This document shows positions 43,701 to 56,316 of a stretch of 64,000 nt of DNA, one piece after another. The DNA comes from an uncultured Bifidobacteriaceae bacterium (lineage in GTDB: Bacteria > Acidobacteriota > Vicinamibacteria > Vicinamibacterales > UBA2999). The first letter of the stretch is position 1; each line of letters starts with the position of its first letter. The position numbers were made by a program, and so were the translations under genes. A model generated the notes under the pieces. The model was given only the letters and a program-made list of their open reading frames with translations, was not told where the DNA came from and ran no database searches. The stretch spans positions 27,449 to 91,448 of the forward strand of contig CAYJPQ010000005.1 in the NCBI GenBank assembly GCA_964372085.1. Direction: 5' to 3'.

Positions 43701-44665
43701 CAGAGCCAGCCCTCTCGCCGGAACCACGCGAAGAGCGCCGCGCTCGAGGCGAGCATCAGGACGCCGATCTCCCAGAACTGGTACTCGGGCCTGCCGAGCA
43801 GCGTCGGCAACGGGACGTTCATGCCAAACAGGCCGGTAATCACCGTCAGGGGCCCGAACAGGGTGGCAATGATGGCGAGCAGCTTGGAGACCTGCGCCAG
43901 CCGGTTCGACACGCTGGCCAGGTGCGCATCGAGGATGCCCGTCACGCGGTCCTGGAACACGATGGCATCCTCCGCCATGCGCGCCAGTTGGTCGGACACG
44001 TCGCGGAAGCGGTACGCCATCTCCTGGTTGATGGCGTCGAACTCGCGGCGCCCGAGACGGGCGACCGCGTCACGCTGGGGCACGACGATGCGGCGGAGGC
44101 TGGTGATGTCGCGCTTGATGGAGAGGATGTCCCCCACCTGCGACTCGGTAGGCGCCTCGATGACGCGCTTCTCGATGTCGTCCAGCCGCTCCTCGAGCTC
44201 GTCGACCTCCGGCCGGTAGTTGTCGACCATCGTGTCGACAATCCGGTGCAACAGGGCGACGGGGCCGTCGGCCAGGATGTGGCCGGTGCGGCCACAGAGG
44301 TCGGCGACGTGGGCGATGCTGCGGCGCCGGCCGTCGTGCACGGTCACCAGGTAGTTGGGGCCCAGGAAGAAGTCGGTGTCGTGGGTGTCGAAGGCGTGCT
44401 CGTCGGCGTGGAAGTTGATGCCGTGCAGCACCAGGTAGAGATACGAGCCGTAGCTTTCGATCTTCGGATGCTGCTCGGCCAGCATCGCCGACTCGACCGC
44501 CAACTCGTGGAAGTCGAAGACCTCGCGCAGCACGAGGCCCTCGGCCGGGGTGGGTTCCTGCAGGTCCGCCCACACCACCGCCCCGCTGTCGGGCGACAGC
44601 CAGGCGGGATCGAGGCGGTCCACCAGCTCGGTGCGACCGCCCCTGTGGACGAAGTATCGAATCAT
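43700..44665 (-). CDS. corA: magnesium/cobalt transporter CorA
   Basis: C-terminal two TM helices with GLFGMNVPLP (GMN motif). Confidence 0.9.
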   Translation of the reverse strand: MIRYFVHRGGRTELVDRLDPAWLSPDSGAVVWADLQEPTPAEGLVLREVFDFHELAVESAMLAEQHPKIESYGSYLYLVLHGINFHADEHAFDTHDTDFFLGPNYLVTVHDGRRRSIAHVADLCGRTGHILADGPVALLHRIVDTMVDNYRPEVDELEERLDDIEKRVIEAPTESQVGDILSIKRDITSLRRIVVPQRDAVARLGRREFDAINQEMAYRFRDVSDQLARMAEDAIVFQDRVTGILDAHLASVSNRLAQVSKLLAIIATLFGPLTVITGLFGMNVPLPTLLGRPEYQFWEIGVLMLASSAALFAWFRREGWL

Positions 44666-44675
44666 GCCAGCGCGC

Positions 44676-47450
<2,775 letters not shown>

Positions 47451-47458
47451 TTCGGTCA

Positions 47459-49681
47459 CTACTCCTCGGGAACGACTTCCGACACATCCGCCAGGCGCAG
47501 AATCTGGAATTCGAGCGCCTTCATCAGGAACAACCGGGCCTGCCGAAGCGTGGGGTCTTCGGCCATCACCAGGACATCGTCAAAGAACGTGGCCACCGCG
47601 GGGCCGTAGTGCGCCGCCGAGGCCAGGGCATCGCGGTAGCCCGTGCCCGACTCGGTGGCGACAATGATGCCGCCGCGCCGGGTCATCAACTCCTGCACCA
47701 GGGCCTTCTCGGCCGGCTCGACCAGCACCTTCGCGATGGCGCCCATCTCGGGCGACAGCCGCTCGAACTCGTCGTCGGGCATCGCCTTGGCGATGTTGCG
47801 CACGCGCTTGAAGACCATGGCGAGCGCCCGGAACGCGTCGGTGCTGGTGAACTCGGGCAGCACGGCCAGCAGGCGCCTCGCAAACAGCGGCACCAGCGCC
47901 GAGGCCGGATGATGCGTGACCGCGCGAACGTTGCGCACATCCGAGCCGCGCTGCTCCAGCACAAACCGGAGCCGGTCCAGCAGGAAGGCTTCGAGCGGCG
48001 CCCGCCATTCGGCCGTGGTGGCGCGCCAGGGTTCCCCGGCGCGATCGAGCAGCGGCCCCAGGGCCAGGCCCCGATCCACGCCGGTCAGCTCCGGCAGGTC
48101 CACCAGGAGGCGCACCAGGCCTTGCGCCGCGCGGCGCAGGCCGTACGGGTCGCGCGAGCCGGTGGGCCGCTCGCCGGCCGCGAACATGCCGGCCAGTGTG
48201 TCGAGCTTGTCGGCCATCGACACGGCCGCCCAGGTTACCGCCGCCTGACCGAGCTGCGCAGCCGACGGCGCCGCGTCGGCATCCACCGCCACGGGCAGGT
48301 AGTGGTGAGAGATCGCCTTCCACACCGCCTCGGGCTGGCCGCTTTCGCGCGCGTAGATGCCGCCCATCGTGCCTTGCAGCTCGGTGAGCTCGCGCACCAT
48401 CCCCGTGGCCAGGTCGGCCTTGCACAGCCGGCCCGCCGCCGCCGCGTGCTCCGCCGCCTCTGGCTTGCCCAGCACGTCGGCGCACAGCACCCGCGCCAGG
48501 CGTTCCACGCGGACGGCCTTGTCGCGGTAGCTGCCCAGCTTCTTATGGAACAGCACGGTGTCGAGCCGCTCCACGAACGTCTCGAGCGGCCGCTCGCGGT
48601 CGGCGTCGAAGAAGAACCGCGCGTCGCGCAGCCGCGCCGTGAGCACCCGCTCCATGTTGCGGGCAATCACGGCCGGCGCCTCGGGCTCCGTGTTTAGCAC
48701 GGCGAGGAACACGGGCATGAGCGTGCCGTGGTCGTCGGTCAGCGGGAAGAAATGCTGGTGGTGAATCATGGTCGTCGTCAGCACTTCCTCGGGCAACGCG
48801 AGGAACTCCTGTGCGTAGGTGCCCGACACCACCGCCGGATATTCCACGAGGTCGGCCACCTCATCGACCAGGCCGTGGCTCATGAAGGCGCTGCCCAGGC
48901 GGCCGCCGCGGCGCCGCGCCTCGGCATCGAGCTCGCGGGCGATGCGGTTGTGCCGTTCGCTGCGCTCGAGCACCACGAAGTTCTCGCCAAGGCGCTTCTT
49001 GTAGTCGTCGAAGTGCTTCACCTTGATGGCGCGACCGGGCCGGCCGCTCATGGTGAGGAAGCGGTGGCCGTAGGTCACCGCGCCGGAACTGATGTCCTGT
49101 ACGAGCGGCCCCTGGGCCGCGGCGGTGCGGGAGATGCCGAATGGCACCACGCGCCCGCCGTACAGGAACAGCAGCCAGCGAATGGGCCGGCCAAACGGCA
49201 GCTCACCCCGGCCGTCGTCAAGTACGGCGTCCCAACGCATCAGTTTCGGGAACGACAGGCCGCGCAGCACCCCGGCCATCACCGACGGCAGCACGTCGAC
49301 CGCGGCCTTGCCGCGCTGGTGCTTCCGCACGCCGAGGTACACGCCCTTCGGCGTCTCGATGCGTTCGAGCGCCTGCTGGTCCACGCCGTTCTTCCGGGCG
49401 AAGCCCGCGCCCGCAGGCGTGAGGGCGCCATCGGCGCCGAACGCGGCCGACACGGGCGGCCCCATCACAAGCTCTTCGAGGTCGGTCTGTCGCTCGCCAA
49501 TCCTGCCCACGAGCGCCGTGAGCCGGCGCGGGGTGCTGAAGGTCTGCACCGGCTCTTCCAGGGACAGCCGCGCCAGCTTCAGTTGCGCCTCGAGAACCTG
49601 CCCCACCTGCTGGGTGAGGCCGGGCAGCCAGCCGGCCGGAAGCTCTTCGGTGCCGATTTCAATCAGGAGTTCGCGATCCAT
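47459..49681 (-). CDS. glyS: glycine--tRNA ligase beta subunit
   Basis: N-terminus MDRELLIEIGTEELPAGWL; glyQ-glyS synteny; ORF trimmed from 49735. Confidence 0.92.
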   Translation of the reverse strand: MDRELLIEIGTEELPAGWLPGLTQQVGQVLEAQLKLARLSLEEPVQTFSTPRRLTALVGRIGERQTDLEELVMGPPVSAAFGADGALTPAGAGFARKNGVDQQALERIETPKGVYLGVRKHQRGKAAVDVLPSVMAGVLRGLSFPKLMRWDAVLDDGRGELPFGRPIRWLLFLYGGRVVPFGISRTAAAQGPLVQDISSGAVTYGHRFLTMSGRPGRAIKVKHFDDYKKRLGENFVVLERSERHNRIARELDAEARRRGGRLGSAFMSHGLVDEVADLVEYPAVVSGTYAQEFLALPEEVLTTTMIHHQHFFPLTDDHGTLMPVFLAVLNTEPEAPAVIARNMERVLTARLRDARFFFDADRERPLETFVERLDTVLFHKKLGSYRDKAVRVERLARVLCADVLGKPEAAEHAAAAGRLCKADLATGMVRELTELQGTMGGIYARESGQPEAVWKAISHHYLPVAVDADAAPSAAQLGQAAVTWAAVSMADKLDTLAGMFAAGERPTGSRDPYGLRRAAQGLVRLLVDLPELTGVDRGLALGPLLDRAGEPWRATTAEWRAPLEAFLLDRLRFVLEQRGSDVRNVRAVTHHPASALVPLFARRLLAVLPEFTSTDAFRALAMVFKRVRNIAKAMPDDEFERLSPEMGAIAKVLVEPAEKALVQELMTRRGGIIVATESGTGYRDALASAAHYGPAVATFFDDVLVMAEDPTLRQARLFLMKALEFQILRLADVSEVVPEE

Positions 49682-49688
49682 ACAGGCT

Positions 49689-50579
49689 CTAGGCTCCCAG
49701 CTCTGGGCTCTGGGACGGAGCCTGTTGGGCCGCATATTCCTTGCAGATGGCCACCGCCAACTGGCGGACGCGAAGGATGTAGGCCGTGCGCTCGGTCACG
49801 CCCACGCTGCCGCTGGAATCCAGCAGGTTGAACAGGTGCGAACACTTCAGGCAGTACTCGAGCGCCGGCAACAGCAACCCGCCCTTGAGCAGCCGCTCGC
49901 CGAACGCATAGGTTTCGTCGAACTGGCTGCGATGGAAGGCCGCGAACGTGGCGCGGTCGATGCCCGTGTCCTGGTTGAAGGCGTACTTCGACTGCTCCAC
50001 TTCCTCGCGCAGCCGCACCTCCCGGTACCGCACGCCTGGCGCCCACTCGAGGTCGAACACGTTGTCCACCTTCTGCAGGAACATGGCGATGCGCTCGAGC
50101 CCGTAAGTGATTTCGGCCGCCACCGGGGACAGGTCCACGCCGCCCACCTGCTGGAAGTAAGTGAACTGGGTGATTTCCATGCCGTCGAGCATCACCTGCC
50201 AGCCAATGCCCCACGCCCCGAGTGTGGGCGACTCCCAGTTATCTTCCTCGAACCGGATGTCGTGCTGCCGCGGGTTGATGCCGCACGCCTCGAGGCTGTC
50301 GAGATAGGTGCGCTGAATCTCGTCGGGCGCCGGCTTGAGGATGACCTGCAGTTGGTGGTGCTTGAACAGGCGGTTGGGGTTCTCGCCGAAGCGGCCGTCA
50401 TCGGGGCGGCGCGACGGCTGCACGTAGGCCACGTCCCAGTGCTGGGGCCCCAGCACGCGCAGCAGGGTCTCTGGAGACGAGGTGCCGGCGCCCACTTCCA
50501 CATCGAGCCCCTGCTGGATGAGGCACCCGCGGGACGCCCAGAACGAGGTGAGTTTGAAGATCAGGTCTTGAAAAGTCAC
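49689..50579 (-). CDS. glyQ: glycine--tRNA ligase alpha subunit
   Basis: [19 protein letters not shown]... strongly conserved GlyQ sequence. Confidence 0.95.
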   Translation of the reverse strand: MTFQDLIFKLTSFWASRGCLIQQGLDVEVGAGTSSPETLLRVLGPQHWDVAYVQPSRRPDDGRFGENPNRLFKHHQLQVILKPAPDEIQRTYLDSLEACGINPRQHDIRFEEDNWESPTLGAWGIGWQVMLDGMEITQFTYFQQVGGVDLSPVAAEITYGLERIAMFLQKVDNVFDLEWAPGVRYREVRLREEVEQSKYAFNQDTGIDRATFAAFHRSQFDETYAFGERLLKGGLLLPALEYCLKCSHLFNLLDSSGSVGVTERTAYILRVRQLAVAICKEYAAQQAPSQSPELGA

Positions 50580-51223
50580 GAGTGCCGATGCATCTCTCTG
50601 AGGACCCGACTGGATCGAGGCTCTCGGTCGAGGTGGAGCGTGATTAGCTTCCGGTGAACCAGTTCAATCTCCTTCAACACCGCCGCGCTGGCCCCGAGCG
50701 AGTCCACCTGCCCCGGGCCCACGCGGCGCGCGCCTTCGAGGAAGGCCTCCGCGTCGCTCGACACGTCGAGGTCCGGCGGATACACCCCCTGCAGCCGCAG
50801 CAGCCAGCACTCGAAGTACCGCGCCAGCGCGTCCACGGGGGCCCCGGCCACCAGCGCCTCGAGCGCCGACGTGCCCAGCCGGTACAACCGCTCGTCGACA
50901 TCCGCGTCGGCCGCCCACTCGTCGATCAACTCGGCGAAGTAGTGGCTGTACCCCAACGCCTCGGCGGTGGGCGCCGACAGCGGCGACCGCACCGGCTCGG
51001 CATAGTTCAGGCCCACCAGCTCGCGATGCTCCCGCTCGAAGTACGCCACGCGCACTTCGGTGAGGGGCTCCAGCGCTGCGCCAAACCGCTTGCGCGATCG
51101 CCGGGCGTTGGGGGCCACGCCGCGCTTCTTGCCCCGGTCGCGGGTCAGGAACACCACGATGCGGTCGGCCTCGCCAAGCTTATAGGTCCGGAGAACCAGG
51201 GCCTCGGCGGTGAACAGCGGCAT
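50576..51223 (-). CDS. recO: DNA repair protein RecO
   Basis: N-terminal OB fold [27 protein letters not shown]; era/recO/glyQS synteny. Confidence 0.85.
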   Translation of the reverse strand: MPLFTAEALVLRTYKLGEADRIVVFLTRDRGKKRGVAPNARRSRKRFGAALEPLTEVRVAYFEREHRELVGLNYAEPVRSPLSAPTAEALGYSHYFAELIDEWAADADVDERLYRLGTSALEALVAGAPVDALARYFECWLLRLQGVYPPDLDVSSDAEAFLEGARRVGPGQVDSLGASAAVLKEIELVHRKLITLHLDREPRSSRVLREMHRHS

Positions 51224-51235
51224 GCCGTGCCCTCT

Positions 51236-51241
51236 ATTGTA
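51236..51241 (-). promoter_or_regulatory. candidate -10 box TACAAT 12 nt upstream of recO ATG
   Basis: minus strand ggggaTACAATagagggcacggcATG. Confidence 0.35.
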
Positions 51242-51271
51242 TCCCCTGTAGTGTCCGGCTTTCGCCGAACG

Positions 51272-52639
51272 CTACGGGGCCAGGTACCGCAGGAAGATGG
51301 TGGCCAGCCCCAGGAACGAGGCGAAGCCGACGACGTCGGTGAAGGTGGTGATGAAGACCGACGAGGCCAGCGCCGGGTCGACCTTGAGCGCCTTGAGGCC
51401 GAGCGGCACCAGCGTGCCGGCCGTGGCCGCCACGAACATGTTGCACATCATGGCCATGCCCAGGAGCAGGCCCAGCATCGGGTCTTGCTTGGTGGCCCAG
51501 GCCACGCCCGCGGCCACCACCCCGAGCGCCAGCCCGTTGCCAAGGCCGATGGTCGCCTCCTTGATGAGCGCCTGCCTGGCGTTGGGCCAGGCCAGCTCGC
51601 CCAGGGCGATGCCGCGCACGATCACGGTGAGGGTTTGGGTGGCGGCGTTGCCGCCCATGCCAGCCACGATGGGCATGAACACGGCCAGCGCCGTCACCTT
51701 CTGGATGGTCCCCTCGAACAGGGCCACCACCGACGCGGCCAGGAAGGCTGTGCCCAGGTTCACGCCGAGCCAGGGCAGGCGCTTGCGGATGGCCTCGCCC
51801 GCGGGCGTGGCCACGCGTTCGTCGCCCGAGACGCCGGCCAGCCGCAACAGGTCTTCGGTGGCCTCGTCCTTGATGACGTCGATGACGTCGTCCACGGTCA
51901 CCACGCCAACGAGCTTGTTCTCCTCGTCGACCACGGGGACGGCCAGCAGGTTGTACGACGCCACCTGGCGGGCCACTTCCTCCTGGTCGGTGTCCACCCG
52001 CACGCTGGTGACGTCCGGGGTCATGATGCGCTTGAGCGGGGTCTCGGGCGACACCAGCAGCAGCCGGCGCAGCGAGGTGACGCCCACCAGGTGCCGCCGC
52101 GCGTCGACCACGTAGAGGTAGAACACCATCTCCACGTCGCGGGCGCTCTGCAGGGCGGTGATGGCCTCCCCCACCGTCAGATCCTCGCTCAGGGCGAACA
52201 CCTGCGGGTTCATGATGCGGCCGGCCGTCTGCTCGCCGTACTCGAGCAGGCTCTCCACCTGGCCCGATTCCTTGCGCCGCATCAGCTCCAGCACTTCGGA
52301 CTGCAGCTCGTCGGGCAGGTAATTGATGAGGGCCGCGCCGTCGTCCGACGGAATCTCCTGCAGGAGCTTGGCAATCTCCTCGGCCGAGCGGCCGGTGAGC
52401 AGCTTGGCGCCCGCCTCGGGGCCCATCTCGCTCACCGTCTCCATGGCGAGGCGCGCGCTGCGCTCCACCAGCACCGCGAACACGGCCTGGCGCTCGGCGT
52501 CGAGCAACGAGGCGAAGATCTGGGCGAGGTCGGCCGGGTGCTGCTTCTGAAGCAGGTTCAGCAGGTTGGCGGTGGCGCCGATGCGCAGCAACCGCTTGAC
52601 CGAATCGAGGACGACGTCGTGCTTGCGTTGAGGGCCCAT
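51272..52639 (-). CDS. mgtE: magnesium transporter MgtE
   Basis: MgtE N-domain, tandem CBS, five C-terminal TM helices with ITTFTDVVGF. Confidence 0.92.
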   Translation of the reverse strand: MGPQRKHDVVLDSVKRLLRIGATANLLNLLQKQHPADLAQIFASLLDAERQAVFAVLVERSARLAMETVSEMGPEAGAKLLTGRSAEEIAKLLQEIPSDDGAALINYLPDELQSEVLELMRRKESGQVESLLEYGEQTAGRIMNPQVFALSEDLTVGEAITALQSARDVEMVFYLYVVDARRHLVGVTSLRRLLLVSPETPLKRIMTPDVTSVRVDTDQEEVARQVASYNLLAVPVVDEENKLVGVVTVDDVIDVIKDEATEDLLRLAGVSGDERVATPAGEAIRKRLPWLGVNLGTAFLAASVVALFEGTIQKVTALAVFMPIVAGMGGNAATQTLTVIVRGIALGELAWPNARQALIKEATIGLGNGLALGVVAAGVAWATKQDPMLGLLLGMAMMCNMFVAATAGTLVPLGLKALKVDPALASSVFITTFTDVVGFASFLGLATIFLRYLAP

Positions 52640-52666
52640 CGAGAACCCTCGAAATGTAGCACAGGA

Positions 52667-53575
52667 CTATGACGGACGGCGCTTCTTGCGCGCCTCGGGC
52701 AGGCCGAGCGAGTCGAGCATGCGGTCGTCTTCGCGCCAGCCCTCCCGAACTTTCACGTGCAGATCCAGGAAGACGCGGGCGTCGAAGAACTGCTCCAGCT
52801 CCCTACGGGCCGCGGTCCCGATGGCCTTGATGCGCGAGCCGCCCTTGCCCACCAGAATGGGCTTCTGGCTGTCCCGGTCGACGAGGATCGTGCAGTAGAA
52901 GCGCATCAGGCCCTTGGCGTCGGGCTCCTCGAACTTGTCGACCACCACCGCCGTCGAGAACGGCAGCTCGTCGTGGGTCTGCTGCAGCACCTGCTCGCGC
53001 ACGAGTTCGGCCACGAAGAAGCGCTCGGGCTGATCGGTGAGGTAGTCCTCGGGGTAGATGGGGGCGCCCTCGGGCAGGTGCTTCAGCAGCACCTCCGCGA
53101 GCCGTTCCACGTTCTCGCCGGTGAGGGCCGAGACCGGCACCAGGTCGGTGAAGCCCACTTCCCGCTCGTATTCCTCCAGGCGCGGCAGCAGGGCCGACTT
53201 GTCGCACCGGTCCACCTTGTTCAGCACCAGGACCCGGGGCACCTTGACGTGGCGGACCAGGTCCATCAGGTAGCGGTCGCCGCCGCCACCCGGTTCGCTG
53301 CCATCCACGACGACCGCCACGACGTCCACCTCGCGGAGGGCCTCCACCGCGGCATCCACCATCCGCACGTTGAGCCGGTGCAGGGGCCTGTGCACGCCCG
53401 GCGTGTCGAGGAAGACGATCTGGCCGGCTGCGTACTGCCGCACGCCGACGATGCGGTTGCGGGTGGTCTGGGGCTTGTCCGAGACGATGGCGAGCTTCTG
53501 GCCCACCAGGCGGTTGAGTAGGGTCGACTTGCCGGCGTTGGGTCGGCCCACGAGCGCCACGAAGCCGCACTTCAC
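52667..53575 (-). CDS. era: GTPase Era
   Basis: G1 GRPNAGKSTL, G3 DTPG, G4 NKVD, C-terminal KH domain. Confidence 0.95.
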   Translation of the reverse strand: MKCGFVALVGRPNAGKSTLLNRLVGQKLAIVSDKPQTTRNRIVGVRQYAAGQIVFLDTPGVHRPLHRLNVRMVDAAVEALREVDVVAVVVDGSEPGGGGDRYLMDLVRHVKVPRVLVLNKVDRCDKSALLPRLEEYEREVGFTDLVPVSALTGENVERLAEVLLKHLPEGAPIYPEDYLTDQPERFFVAELVREQVLQQTHDELPFSTAVVVDKFEEPDAKGLMRFYCTILVDRDSQKPILVGKGGSRIKAIGTAARRELEQFFDARVFLDLHVKVREGWREDDRMLDSLGLPEARKKRRPS

Positions 53576-54822
53576 CTCGCGGCTGTCCCTTCGGCCGCGG
53601 CGGGCTGATCGCGCTTGTGCATGCGCACCCGGGTGATGCGCCGGCGTTCAGCCTCCAGCACTTCCACGTCGAAGCCGTCCACCTCGAGGCGCTCTCCCAC
53701 GGTGGGCACGCGGCCCAGGCGCGACAACAGGTAGCCGCCCACGGTCTCGAACCCTTTGCCTTCGACGTCCACCTTCAGGTTCGAGGCCATGTCTTCCACG
53801 TGGGCGCTGCCGCTGAAGACGAACGTGCCGCCGCCCTCGTCCACCACGCGCTCCACCTCCACGTCGTACTCGTCGCGAATCTCGCCGACGATCTCCTCGA
53901 GCAGGTCCTCGATGGTCACCAGGCCCGCCGTGCCGCCGTACTCGTCGACCACGATGGCGCTCTGCACGCGCTTTCGCTGGAACTCCTTCAGCAGCTCGGG
54001 CACACGCTTGGTCTCGGGGACGAAGTACGCCGGCCGCATCAGGGCCGTGATGGGGTCGGCCGCGGTGGGGGCCGTCTTCAACTGGATGAGGTCCTTCACG
54101 AACACGAAGCCCACGATGTTGTCGAGGGTCGCCTTGTAGACCGGCACGCGCGAGTACTGCTGCTCCCGGAACACGGCGTAGAGCTCGTCGAGCGTGGCGC
54201 CGGCCTCGATGGCGATGATGTCGGGGCGAGGCGTCATCACCTCGCGCACCATGGTCTCGCGGAAGTCCACGATCGACCGCAGCAGCTCGCGCGCCTGGCC
54301 GTCGTGCACCGCGTCGGTTTCGGCCGCCGTCGGCGGCACGGCCGACTCCACCGGCGCCGCCTGGGCCTCGCCCTCTCCGTTCGGTTCGCGCCTCTGGCCG
54401 GAGCCCACGCTGAGCAGCATGATGGTCACGGGGCTCAGCGCCCGCGCCACCACGTCGAACGACGGGAGCAGCACGCCAAGCACGCGCTCGGGGTCTTGCC
54501 GGACGATGAGGAGCGGCACCAGGTGCTCGCACAGCAGCGAGACGCCGATCACCGAGAGCACCAGAACGGGAAAGCCGGCCGGGTCCACGCCGGTGACGCG
54601 CGCCAGCAACGCCGTGGCCAGGACGACGATCGCCGACAGCAGCAGGCGCGCCGGCACGAACAACCGCCGCGGGTCCTCCAGGTAGCGCCCGAGCGCGTCG
54701 CCACGGTCGGTGCGCTCCACGCGGATGCGGAGCGACAACTGCATGAGCGCGTTAAAGGCGGCGGTGACGATGCCCAGGTAGATGGCCGCACAGCCGAGCA
54801 GGAACAGGAGCAGGGGGGTCAT
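53572..54822 (-). CDS. hemolysin-family protein (DUF21-CBS-CorC_HlyC; TlyC/CorC-like)
   Basis: N-terminal 4-TM DUF21, CBS pair, C-terminal CorC domain (GGYLLSRLGRVPTVGE). Confidence 0.85.
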   Translation of the reverse strand: MTPLLLFLLGCAAIYLGIVTAAFNALMQLSLRIRVERTDRGDALGRYLEDPRRLFVPARLLLSAIVVLATALLARVTGVDPAGFPVLVLSVIGVSLLCEHLVPLLIVRQDPERVLGVLLPSFDVVARALSPVTIMLLSVGSGQRREPNGEGEAQAAPVESAVPPTAAETDAVHDGQARELLRSIVDFRETMVREVMTPRPDIIAIEAGATLDELYAVFREQQYSRVPVYKATLDNIVGFVFVKDLIQLKTAPTAADPITALMRPAYFVPETKRVPELLKEFQRKRVQSAIVVDEYGGTAGLVTIEDLLEEIVGEIRDEYDVEVERVVDEGGGTFVFSGSAHVEDMASNLKVDVEGKGFETVGGYLLSRLGRVPTVGERLEVDGFDVEVLEAERRRITRVRMHKRDQPAAAEGTAAR

Positions 54823-55301
54823 CGGCTCCGCTCGATCAGTCCCTCGCGCAGTCCCGCCCGCTTTCGGAGCCGGGCTTCAACACGGCGCATCCGCCCGTTG
54901 TCCGATTCGTGGTCGTAGCCAAGCAGGTGCAGCAGGCCGTGGAGCGCCAGCACCCGCACCTCGGTGCGGACGGCGTGGCCCGCTTCCTTGGCCTGGCGCC
55001 GAGCGACCCCGGAGGCGATCACGACGTCGCCGAGAAACACGCCGGCCCTGGGCTCTGGGCTCTCGGCTGCGGCCTTGCCCTGAGCGAAGTCGAAGGGGAA
55101 CGACAACACATCCGTGACCGCATCCTTGCCCCTGAACTGCCGGTTGAGCGAGCGCATACGGCGGTCGGACACCATGGCGACGCTCACCTCGCCGCGCGCG
55201 GACGCCGGCGCCGCGGCGGCCAGCCAGGCCGCCAGGCCGTAGGTGGAGCGGTCCGTCGCGTCGGGCGACGACACGCTAACGCGCAGACGGGCCGCTGCCA
55301 T
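54819..55301 (-). CDS. ybeY: rRNA maturation RNase YbeY
   Basis: Zinc motif [11 protein letters not shown]; ATG 55301 overlaps phoH by 26 nt, alternative GTG at 55274 starts 1 nt after the phoH stop. Confidence 0.9.
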   Translation of the reverse strand: MAAARLRVSVSSPDATDRSTYGLAAWLAAAAPASARGEVSVAMVSDRRMRSLNRQFRGKDAVTDVLSFPFDFAQGKAAAESPEPRAGVFLGDVVIASGVARRQAKEAGHAVRTEVRVLALHGLLHLLGYDHESDNGRMRRVEARLRKRAGLREGLIERSR

Positions 55302-56235
55302 ACGCTTCGTACGCCTTCACAATGGCCTGCACGAGCTTGTGGCGAACGACGTCGCGCTCGTCGAAGTACACAAACCCGATGCCCTCGATCTTGCCGACCA
55401 CTTCCATGGCCTGCACCAGGCCCGACATGCGGCCCACGGGGAGGTCGATCTGCGTCACGTCGCCGGTGACCACGGCCTTCGATCCGAAGCCCAGGCGCGT
55501 GAGGAACATCTTCATCTGCTCGCTGGTGGTGTTCTGGGCCTCGTCCAGGATGACGAACGCGTCGTTCAGCGTCCGCCCGCGCATGAAGGCCAGCGGCGCC
55601 ACCTCGATGGTGCCGCGCTCCAGCAGCCGATCGGCCTTCTCGACGTCGAGCATGTCGTACATCGCGTCGTAGAGCGGCCGCAGGTAGGGGTTCACTTTCT
55701 CCTGCAGGTCGCCCGGCAGGAACCCCAGCTTCTCGCCCGCCTCCACCGCGGGCCGCACCAGCACGATGCGGCTCACCTTCTTGGTGAGCAGGTAGCTGAC
55801 GGCCTGCGCCATGGCGAGATAGGTCTTGCCGGTGCCGGCCGGGCCGATGCCGAAGACGATGTCGTCCTTCTCGATGGCATCGAGATAGCGGCGCTGGTTG
55901 GCCGACTTGGCCGCGATGCGGCGCTTGCCCGCCTGGCGGAGCTGGCCGTCCTTCAGGAAATGGTCGCGGAGGTCGACCGCGCCGTCTTCGGCCACCAGCT
56001 GCGACGCCGTCTTCACGTCGCGGTCGGAGATGAGGTGGCCCTCGCCGATGAGCGCGCCCAACTGGCCGATGAGGCTCACAACCTTGGCGGTGCTGACCGC
56101 ATCGCCCTCGACCAGCAGTTCCTGGCCCTGGGTCCGGATGCGGACGTTGAGGAGGGTTTCAAGGCGCCTGAGGTTGTCGTCGTATGCCCCGAAAAGGGTC
56201 GACATGCCGGCCTCGGGCACTGCCACCTTACGCAA
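55276..56235 (-). CDS. phoH: PhoH-family ATPase
   Basis: Walker [12 protein letters not shown]; start ambiguous (TTG 56235 or ATG 56205); a strong AAGGAG upstream has no canonical start codon at normal spacing. Confidence 0.9.
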   Translation of the reverse strand: MRKVAVPEAGMSTLFGAYDDNLRRLETLLNVRIRTQGQELLVEGDAVSTAKVVSLIGQLGALIGEGHLISDRDVKTASQLVAEDGAVDLRDHFLKDGQLRQAGKRRIAAKSANQRRYLDAIEKDDIVFGIGPAGTGKTYLAMAQAVSYLLTKKVSRIVLVRPAVEAGEKLGFLPGDLQEKVNPYLRPLYDAMYDMLDVEKADRLLERGTIEVAPLAFMRGRTLNDAFVILDEAQNTTSEQMKMFLTRLGFGSKAVVTGDVTQIDLPVGRMSGLVQAMEVVGKIEGIGFVYFDERDVVRHKLVQAIVKAYEAYGSGPSAR

Positions 56236-56316
56236 GGACGCCGTGCTGATGCTCGTATCTCCTTGTGTTACAGAGAGTTAACTGAGTTGATAGAGCAAAG
56301 GGTAGCACGGCCGCCG

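Noticed and set aside
56236-56316. Small ORF or alternative phoH start behind the strong AAGGAG in the lower-G+C spacer upstream of phoH.
   Set aside because: There is no ATG/GTG/TTG at appropriate spacing in frame; the nearest in-frame codon is ATC. The ambiguity is recorded under the phoH feature rather than called as a new gene.
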